A stretch of 64,000 nt of DNA from the human T2T-CHM13v2.0 reference genome, Homo sapiens: assembly GCF_009914755.1 (NCBI RefSeq), contig NC_060929.1; one strand, 5' to 3'. Position numbers and translations under genes: made by a program. Positions 54,650 to 64,000 of this stretch are shown piece by piece. The notes beneath the pieces are model-generated. The model searched no databases and was not told where the DNA came from. It saw nothing but the letters and a program-made list of their open reading frames with translations. How positions within the stretch are numbered: the first letter of the stretch is position 1; the number at the start of each line of letters is the position of its first letter.

Positions 54650-56688
54650 TTAGACAGAGCAGATTTGAAACACTCTTTTTGTGCAATTGGCAAGTGGAGA
54701 TTTCAAGCGCTTTAAGGTCAATGGCAGAAAAGGAAATATCTTCGTTTCAAAACTAGACAGAATCATTCCCACAAACTGCGTTGTGATGTGTTCGTTCAAC
54801 TCACAGAGTTTAACCTTTCTTTTCATAGAGCAGTTAGGAAACAGTCTGTTTGTAAATTCTGTAAGTGGATATTCTGACATCTTGTGGCCTTCGTTGGAAA
54901 CGGGATTTCTTCATATTCTGCTAGACAGAAGAATTCTCAGAATCTTCCTTGTGTTGTGTGTATTCAACTCACAGAGTTGAACGATCCTTTACACAGAGCA
55001 GACTTGAAACACTCTTTTTGTGGAATTTGCAAGTGGAGATTTCAGCCGCTTTGAGGTCCATGGTAGAAAAGGAAATATCTTCGTATAAAAACTAGACAGA
55101 ATGATTCTCAGAAACTTCTTTGTGATGTGTGCGTTCAACTCACAGAGTTTAACCTTTCTTTTCATAGAGCAGTTAGGAAACACTCTGTTTGTAAACTCTG
55201 CAAGTGGATATTCAGACCTCTTTGAGGCCTTCGTTGGAAACGGGATTTCTTCATACTGTGCTAGACAGAAGAATTCTCATTAACTTCCTTGTGTTGTGTG
55301 TATTCAACTCACAGAGTTGAACGATCCTTTACACAGAGCGGACTTGAAACACTCTTTTTGTGGAATTTGCAAGTGGAGATTTCAGCCGCTTTGAGGTCAA
55401 TGGTAGAAAAGGAAATCCCTTCGTATAAAAACTAGACAGAATCATTCTCAGAAACTCCTTTGAGATGTGTGCGCTCAACTCACAGAGTTTAACCTTTCTT
55501 TTCATAGAGCAGTTAGGAAACACTCTGTTTGTAAAGTCTGCAAGTGGATATTCAGACCTCTTTGAGGCCTTCGTTGGAAACGGGATTTTTTCATATAAGG
55601 CTAGACAGAAGAATTCCCAGTAACTTCCATGTGTTGTGTGTGTTCAACTCACAGAGTTGAACTTTCATTTACACAGAGCAGATTTGAAACACTCTTTTTG
55701 TGGAATTTGCAAATGGAGATTTCAAGCGCTTTGAGGCCAGAGGCAGAAAAGGAAATATCTTCGTATAAAAACTAGACAGAATCATTCTCAGAAACTGCTC
55801 TGCGATGTGTGCGTTCAACTCTCAGAGTTTAACTTTTCTTTTCATTCAGCAGTTTGGAAACACTCTGTTTGTAAAGTCTGCATGTGGATAATTTGACCAC
55901 TTAGAGGTCTTTGTTGGAAACGGGTTTTTTTCATGTAAGGCTAGACAGAAGAATTCTCAGTAACTTCCTTGTGTTGTGTGTATTCAACTCACAGAGTTGA
56001 ACGACCCTTTACACAGAGCAGACTTGTAACACTCTTTTTGTGGAATTTGCAAGTGGAGATTTCAGCCGCTTTGAAGTCAAAGGTAGAAAAGGAAATATCT
56101 TCCTATAAACACTAGACAGAATGATTCTCAGAAACTCCTTTGTGATGTGTGCGTTCAACTCACAGAGTTTAACCTTTCTTTTAATAGAGCAGTTAGGAAA
56201 CACTCTGTTTGTAAAGTCTGCAAGTGGATATTCAGACCTCTTTGAGGCCTTCGTTGGAAACGGGTTTTTTTCATATAAGGCTAGACAGAAGAATTCCCAG
56301 TAACTTCCTTGTGTTGTGTGTGTTCAACTCACAGAGTTGAACGTTCCCTTAGACAGAGCAGATTTGAAGCACTCTTTTTGTGGAATTTGCAAGTGGAGAT
56401 TTCAAGCGCTTTGAGGCCAAAGGCAGAAAAGGAAATATCTTCGTATAAAAACTAGACAGAATCATTCTCAGAAACTGCTCTGCGATGTGTGCGTTCAACT
56501 CTCAGAGTTTAACTTTTCTTTTCATTCAGCAGTTTGGAAACACTCTGTTTGTAAAGTCTGCACGTGGATATTTTGACCACTTAGAGGCCTTCGTTGGAAA
56601 CGGGTTTTTTTCCTGTAAGGCTAGACAGAAGAATTCCCAGTAACTTCCTTGTGTTGTGTACATTCAACTCACAGAGTTGAACGTTCCC

Positions 56689-59406
56689 TTAGACAGAGCA
56701 GATTTGAAACACTCTTTTTGTGCAATTGGCAAGTGGAGATTTCAAGCGCTTTAAGGTCAATGGCAGAAAAGGAAATATCTTCGTTTCAAAACTAGACAGA
56801 ATCATTCCCACAAACTGCGTTGTGATGTGTTCGTTCATCTCACAGAGTTTAACCTTTCTTTTCATAGAGCAGTTAGGAAACACTCTGTTTGTAAATTCTG
56901 TAAGTGGATATTCTGACATCTTGTGGCCTTCGTTGGAAACGGGATTTCTTCATACTGTGCTAGACAGAAGAATTCTCAGTAACTTCCTTGTGTTGTGTGT
57001 ATTCAACTCACAGAGTTGAACGATCCTTTACACAGAGCAGACTTGAAACACTCTTTTTGTGGAATTTGCAAGTGGAGATTTCAGCCGCGTTGAGGTCCAT
57101 GGTAGAAAAGGAAATATCTTCGTATAAAAACTAGACAGAATGATTCTCAGAAACTCCTTTGAGATGTGTGTGTTCAACTCACAGAGTTTAACCTTTCTTT
57201 TCATAGAGCAGTTAGGAATCACTCTGTTTGTAAAGTCTGCAAGTGGATATTCAGACCTCTTTGAGGCCTTCGTTGGAAACGGGTTTTTTTCATATAAGGC
57301 TAGACAGAAGAATTCCCAGTAACTTCCTTGTGTTGTGTGTGTTCAACTCACAGAGTTGAACTTTCATTTACACAGAGCAGATTTGAAACACTCTTTTTGT
57401 GGAATTTGCAAGTGGAGATTTCAGCCGCGTTGAGGTCAATGGTAGAAAAGGAAATCTCTTCGTATAAAAACTAGACAGAATGATTCTCAGAAACTCCTTT
57501 GAGATGTGTGCTCTCAACTCACAGAGTTTAACCTTTCTTTTCATAGAGCAGTTAGGAAACACTCTGTTTGTAAAGTCTGCAAGTGGATATTCAGACCTCT
57601 TTGAGGCCTTCGTTGGAAACGGGTTTTTTTCATATAAGGCTAGACAGAAGAATTCCCAGTAACTTCCATGTGTTGTGTGTGTTCAACTCACAGAGTTGAA
57701 CTTTCATTTACACAGAGCAGATTTGAAACACTCTTTTTGTGGAATTTGCAAATGGAGATTTCAAGCACTTTGAGGCCAAAGGCAGAAAAGGAAATATCAT
57801 CGTAGAAAAACTAGACAGAATCATTCTCAGAAACTGCTCTGCGATGTGTGCGTTCAACTCTCAGAGTTTAACTTTTCTTTTCATTCAGCAGTTTGGAAAC
57901 ACTCTGTTTGTAAAGTCTGCACGTGGATAATTTGACCACTTAGAGGTCTTCGTTGGAAACGGGTTTTTTTCATGTAACGCTAGACAGAAGAATTCTCAGT
58001 AACTTCCTTGTGTTGTGTGTATTCAACTCACAGAGTTGAAGGATCCTTTACACAGAGCAGACTTGTAACACTCTTTTTGTGGAATTTGCAAGTGTAGATT
58101 TCAGCCGCTTTGAGGTCAATGGTAGAAAAGGAAATCTCTTCGTATAAAAACTAGACAGAATGATTCTCAGAAACTCCTTTGTGATGTGTGCGTTCAACTC
58201 ACAGAGTTTAACCTTTCTTTTCATAGAGCAGTTAGGAAACACTCTGTTTGTAAAGTCTGCAAGTGGATATTCAGACCTCTTTGAGGCCTTCGTTGGAAAC
58301 GGGTTTTTTCATATAAGGCTAGACAGAAGAATTCCCAGTAACTTCCATGTGTTGTGTGTGTTCAACTCACAGAGTTGAACTTTCATTTACACAGAGCAGA
58401 TTTGAAACACTCTTTTTGTGGAATTTGCAAATGGAGATTTCAAGCGCTTTGAGGCCAGAGGCAGAAAAGGAAATATCTTCGTATAAAAACTAGACAGAAT
58501 CATTCTCAGAAACTGCTCTGCGATGTGTGCGTTCAACTCTCAGAGTTTAACTTTTCTTTTCATTCAGCAGTTTGGAAACACTCTGTTTGTAAAGTCTGCA
58601 TGTGGATAATTTGACCACTTAGAGGTCTTTGTTGGAAACGGGTTTTTTTCATGTAAGGCTAGACAGAAGAATTCTCAGTAACTTCCTTGTGTTGTGTGTA
58701 TTCAACTCACAGAGTTGAACGATCCTTTACACAGAGCAGACTTGTAACACTCTTTTTGTGGAATTTGCAAGTGGAGATTTCAGCCGCTTTGAAGTCAAAG
58801 GTAGAAAAGGAAATATCTTCCTATAAACACTAGACAGAATGATTCTCAGAAACTCCTTTGTGATGTGTGCGTTCAACTCACAGAGTTTAACCTTTCTTTT
58901 CATAGAGCAGTTAGGAAACACTCTGTTTGTAAAGTCTGCAAGTGGATATTCAGACCTCTTTGAGGCCTTCGTTGGAAACGGGTTTTTTTCATATAAGGCT
59001 AGACAGAAGAATTCCCAGTAACTTCCATGTGTTGTGTGTGTTCAACTCACAGAGTTGAACGTTCCCTTAGACAGAGCAGATTTGAAACACTCTTTTTGTG
59101 GAATTTGCAAGTGGAGATTTCAAGCGCTTTGAGGCCAAAGGCAGAAAAGGAAATATCTTCGTATAAAAACTAGACAGAATCATTCTCAGAAACTGCTCTG
59201 CGATGTGTGCGTTCAACTCTCAGAGTTTAACTTTTCTTTTCATTCAGCAGTTTGGAAACACTCTGTTTGTAAAGTCTGCACGGGGATATTTTGACCACTT
59301 AGAGGCCTTCGTTGGAAACGGGTTTTTTTCCTGTAAGGCTAGACAGAAGAATTCCCAGTAACTTCCTTGTGTTGTGTACATTCAACTCACAGAGTTGAAC
59401 GTTCCC
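56689..59406 (+). repeat. 16-mer HOR variant (A-B-B-C-B-C-B-C, 2718 bp)
   Basis: A dimers start at 56689 and 59407. Confidence 0.87.
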
Positions 59407-62400
59407 TTAGACAGAGCAGATGTGAAACACTCTTTTTGTGCAATTGGCAAGTGGAGATTTCAAGCGCTTTAAGGTCAATGGCAGAAAAGGAAATATCTTC
59501 GTTTCAAAACTAGACAGAATCATTCCCACAAACTGCGTTGTGATGTGTTCGTTCAACTCACAGAGTTTAACCTTTCTTTTCATAGAGCAGTTAGGAAACA
59601 GTCTGTTTGTAAATTCTGTAAGTGGATATTCTGACATCTTGTGGCCTTCGTTGGAAACGGGATTTCTTCATATTCTGCTAGACAGAAGAATTCTCAGAAT
59701 CTTCCTTGTGTTGTGTGTATTCAACTCACAGAGTTGAACGATCCTTTACACAGAGCAGACTTGAAACACTCTTTTTGTGGAATTTGCAAGTGGAGATTTC
59801 AGCCGCTTTGAGGTCCATGGTAGAAAAGGAAATATCTTCGTATAAAAACTAGACAGAATGATTCTCAGAAACTTCTTTGTGATGTGTGCGTTCAACTCAC
59901 AGAGTTTAACCTTTCTTTTCATAGAGCAGTTAGAAAACACTCTGTTTGTAAACTCTGCAAGTGGATATTCAGACCTCTTTGAGGCCTTCGTTGGAAACGG
60001 GATTTCTTCATACTGTGCTAGACAGAAGAATTCTCATTAACTTCCTTGTGTTGTGTGTATTCAACTCACAGAGTTGAACGATCCTTTACACAGAGCGGAC
60101 TTGAAACACTCTTTTTGTGGAATTTGCAAGTGGAGATTTCAGCCGCGTTGAGGTCAATGGTAGAAAAGGAAATCTCTTCGTATAAAAACTAGACAGAATG
60201 ATTCTGAGAAACTCCTTTGAGATGTGTGCTCTCAACTCACAGAGTTTAACCTTTCTTTTCATAGAGCAGTTAGGAAACACTCTGTTTGTAAAGTCTGCAA
60301 GTGGATATTCAGACCTCTTTGAGGCCTTCGTTGGAAACGGGTTTTTTTCATATAAGGCTAGACAGAAGAATTCCCAGTAACTTCCATGTGTTGTGTGTGT
60401 TCAACTCACAGAGTTGAACTTTCATTTACACAGAGCAGATTTGAAACACTCTTTTTGTGGAATTTGCAAATGGAGATTTCAAGCACTTTGAGGCCAAAGG
60501 CAGAAAAGGAAATATCTTCGTAGAAAAACTAGACAGAATCATTCTCAGAAACTGCTCTGCGATGTGTGCGTTCAACTCTCAGAGTTTAACTTTTCTTTTC
60601 ATTCAGCAGTTTGGAAACACTCTGTTTGTAAAGTCTGCACGTGGATAATTTGACCACTTAGAGGTCTTCGTTGGAAACGGGTTGTTTTCATGTAACGCTA
60701 GACAGAAGAATTCTCAGTAACTTCCTTGTGTTGTGTGTATTCAACTCACAGAGTTGAAGGATCCTTTACACAGAGCTGACTTGTAACACTCTTTTTGTGG
60801 AATTTGCAAGTGTAGATTTCAGCCGCTTTGAGGTCAATGGTAGAAAAGGAAATCTCTTCGTATAAAAACTAGACAGAATGATTCTCAGAAACTCCTTTGT
60901 GATGTGTGCGTTCAACTCACAGAGTTTAACCTTTCTTTTCATAGAGCAGTTAGGAAACACTCTGTTTGTAAAGTCTGCAAGTGGATATTCAGACCTCTTT
61001 GAGGCCTTCGTTGGAAACGGGTTTTTTTCATATAAGGCTAGACAGAAGAATTCCCAGTGACTTCCTTGTGTTGTGTGTGTTCAACTCACAGAGTTGAACG
61101 TTCCCTTAGACAGAGCAGATTTGAAACACTCTTTTTGTGGAATTTGCAAGTGGAGATTTCAAGCGCTTTGAGGCCAAAGGCAGAAAAGGAAATATCTTCG
61201 TATAAAAACTAGACAGAATCATTCTCAGAAACTGCTCTGCGATGTGTGCGTTCAACTCTCAGAGTTTAACTTTTCTTTTCATTCAGCAGTTTGGAAACAC
61301 TCTGTTTGTAAAGTCTGCACGTGGATATTTTGACCACTTAGTGGCCTTCGTTGGAAACGGGTTTTTTTCCTGTAAGGCTAGACAGAAGAATTCCCAGTAA
61401 CTTCCTTGTGTTGTGTACATTCAACTCACAGAGTTGAACGTTCCCTTAGACAGAGCAGATTTGAAACACTCTTTTTGTGCAATTGGCAAGTGGAGATTTC
61501 AAGCGCTTTAAGGTCAATGGCAGAAAAGGAAATATCTTCGTTTCAAAACTAGACAGAATCATTCCCACAAACTGCGTTGTGATGTGTTCGTTCAACTCAC
61601 AGAGTTTAACCTTTCTTTTCATAGAGCAGTTAAGAAACAGTCTGTTTGTAAATTCTGTAAGTGGATATTCTGACATCTTGTGGCCTTCGTTGGAAACGGG
61701 ATTTCTTCATATTCTGCTAGACAGAAGAATTCTCAGAATCTTCCTTGTGTTGTGTGTATTCAACTCACAGAGTTGAACGATCCTTTACACAGAGCAGACT
61801 TGAAACACTCTTTTTGTGGAATTTGCAAGTGGAGATTTCAGCCGCTTTGAGGTCCATGGTAGAAAAGGAAATATCTTCGTATAAAAACTAGACAGAATGA
61901 TTCTCAGAAACTTCTTTGTGATGTGTGCGTTCAACTCACAGAGTTTAACCTTTCTTTTCATAGAGCAGTTAGGAAACACTCTGTTTGTAAACTCTGCAAG
62001 TGGATATTCAGACCTCTTTGAGGCCTTCGTTGGAAACGGGATTTCTTCATACTGTGCTAGACAGAAGAATTCTCATTAACTTCCTTGTGTTGTGTGTATT
62101 CAACTCACAGAGTTGAACGATCCTTTACACAGAGCGGACTTGAAACACTCTTTTTGTGGAATTTGCAAGTGGAGATTTCAGCCGCGTTGAGGTCAATGGT
62201 AGAAAAGGAAATCCCTTCGTATAAAAACTAGACAGAATGATTCTCAGAAACTCCTTTGAGATGTGTGCGCTCAACTCACAGAGTTTAACCTTTCTTTTCA
62301 TAGAGCAGTTAGGAAACACTCTGTTTGTAAAGTCTGCAAGTGGATATTCAGACCTCTTTGAGGCCTTCGTTGGAAACGGGTTTTTTTCATATAAGGCTAG

Positions 62401-64000
62401 ACAGAAGAATTCCCAGTAACTTCCATGTGTTGTGTGTGTTCAACTCACAGAGTTGAACTTTCATTTACACAGAGCAGATTTGAAACACTCTTTTTGTGGA
62501 ATTTGCAAATGGAGATTTCAAGCGCTTTGAGGCCAGAGGCAGAAAAGGAAATATCTTCGTATAAAAACTAGACAGAATCATTCTCAGAAACTGCTCTGCG
62601 ATGTGTGCGTTCAACTCTCAGAGTTTAACTTTTCTTTTCATTCAGCAGTTTGGAAACACTCTGTTTGTAAAGTCTGCATGTGGATAATTTGACCACTTAG
62701 AGGTCTTTGTTGGAAACGGGTTTTTTTCATGTAAGGCTAGACAGAAGAATTCTCAGTAACTTCCTTGTGTTGTGTGTATTCAACTCACAGAGTTGAACGT
62801 TCCTTTACACAGAGCAGACTTGTAACACTCTTTTTGTGGAATTTGCAAGTGGAGATTTCAGCCGCTTTGAAGTCAAAGGTAGAAAAGGAAATATCTTCCT
62901 ATAAACACTAGACAGAATGATTCTCAGAAACTCCTTTGTGATGTGTGCGTTCAACTCACAGAGTTTAACCTTTCTTTTCATAGAGCAGTTAGGAAACACT
63001 CTGTTTGTAAAGTCTGCAAGCGGATATTCAGACCTCTTTGAGGCCTTCGTTGGAAACGGGTTTTTTTCATATAAGGCTAGACAGAAGAATTCCCAGTAAC
63101 TTCCATGTGTTGTGTGTGTTCAACTCACAGAGTTGAACGTTCCCTTAGACAGAGCAGATTTGAAACACTCTTTTTGTAGAATTTGCAAGTGGAGATTTCA
63201 AGCGCTTTGAGGCCAAAGGCAGAAAAGGAAATATCTTCGTATAAAAACTAGACAGAATCATTCTCAGAAACTGCTCTGCGATGTGTGCGTTCAACTCTCA
63301 GAGTTTAACTTTTCTTTTCATTCAGCAGTTTGGAAACACTCTGTTTGTAAAGTCTGCACGGGGATATTTTGACCACTTAGAGGCCTTCGTTGGAAACGGG
63401 TTTTTTTCCTGTAAGGCTAGACAGAAGAATTCCCAGTAACTTCCTTGTCTTGTGTACATTCAACTCACAGAGTTGAACGTTCCCTTAGACAGAGCAGATT
63501 TGAAACACTCTTTTTGTGCAATTGGCAAGTGGAGATTTCAAGCGCTTTAAGGTCAATGGCAGAAAAGGAAATATCTTCGTTTCAAAACTAGACAGAATCA
63601 TTCCCACAAACTGCGTTGTGATGTGTTCGTTCAACTCACAGAGTTTAACCTTTCTTTTCATAGAGCAGTTAGGAAACAGTCTGTTTGTAAATTCTGTAAG
63701 TGGATATTCTGACATCTTGTGGCCTTCGTTGGAAACGGGATTTCTTCATATTCTGCTAGACAGAAGAATTCTCAGAATCTTCCTTGTGTTGTGTGTATTC
63801 AACTCACAGAGTTGAACGATCCTTTACACAGAGCAGACTTGAAACACTCTTTTTGTGGAATTTGCAAGTGGAGATTTCAGCCGCTTTGAGGTCCATGGTA
63901 GAAAAGGAAATATCTTCGTATAAAAACTAGACAGAATGATTCTCAGAAACTTCTTTGTGATGTGTGCGTTCAACTCACAGAGTTTAACCTTTCTTTTCAT

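Larger units (their letters stand above)
1..64000 (+). repeat. Centromeric alpha-satellite HOR array, suprachromosomal family 1 (dimeric); probably S1C1/5/19H1L (D1Z7/D5Z2/D19Z3)
   Basis: Continuous ~170-bp tandem monomers with a 339-340 bp dimer period (ORF starts recur at +339/+340). Alphoid motifs present throughout: CATTCTCAGAAACT, TTCAACTCACAGAGTT, GAAACACTCTTTTTGTGGAATTTGCAAGTGGA. CENP-B box in every second monomer and GAATTC once per dimer (classic 340-bp EcoRI dimer). Alpha-satellite identity is certain; the chr1/5/19 assignment rests on recognising a three-dimer (hexamer) basis and is less certain. Confidence 0.98.
48701..64000 (+). repeat. Array domain II: 12-, 14- and 16-mer HOR variants with a different SNV haplotype
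   Basis: A-dimer spacings are 2719, 2039, 2379, 2039, 2718, 2039 and 2039 bp, with no 8-mers. New markers appear: GAAGGATCC, GTAACGCTAG, CAAGTGTAGA, GCCAGAGGC, TCTGCATGTGG. Confidence 0.9.

Noticed and set aside
75-63815. Hundreds of 60-99 aa ORFs on both strands (MILRN..., MFPNC..., MQLAS..., MSEYP...)
   Set aside because: They recur with the 340-bp period, overlap on opposite strands, often start at GTG/TTG, and are made or broken by random SNVs and indels. They are chance frames in satellite DNA.
1-64000. CRISPR-like array suggested by regularly spaced palindromic repeats
   Set aside because: There are no unique spacers and no cas genes; the intervening DNA is itself repeated alpha-satellite.
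1-64000. Transposon insertion (L1/Alu), inversion or non-satellite island
   Set aside because: A-dimer spacings are all multiples of ~340 bp and every CENP-B box is on the + strand, leaving no room for an insertion or strand switch.
1-64000. Assigning the window to a specific chromosome or to the CENP-A/kinetochore site
   Set aside because: The chr1, chr5 and chr19 arrays share this HOR family, and kinetochore position is epigenetic. Alignment plus methylation or CENP-A data would be needed.

Overview
The whole 64 kb is one uninterrupted, single-orientation array of primate (almost certainly human) centromeric alpha-satellite. It has ~170-bp monomers in a ~340-bp dimer (~188 dimers), each with one CENP-B box and one EcoRI site. 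This is suprachromosomal family 1 (J1/J2 dimeric), and by my recognition most likely the live S1C1/5/19H1L array (D1Z7/D5Z2/D19Z3); the chromosome cannot be fixed without alignment. I see no genes, transposon insertions, inversions or CRISPR arrays, and all ORFs are repeat artefacts. I found no new gene-encoded system; the interest lies in the internal architecture. Three dimer types (my labels A, B, C) build 6-, 8-, 12-, 14- and 16-monomer higher-order repeat (HOR) variants. In 1-48.7 kb, four SNV-tagged units (my labels X and Y 8-mers, Z and W 12-mers) form a 40-monomer super-HOR reshuffled by in-register deletions and duplications. At ~48.7 kb the array switches abruptly to a second sequence haplotype. 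CpG-mutated CENP-B boxes, a short patch resembling gene conversion, and several narrowly mappable recombination junctions are visible. All coordinates and variant calls were read by eye.
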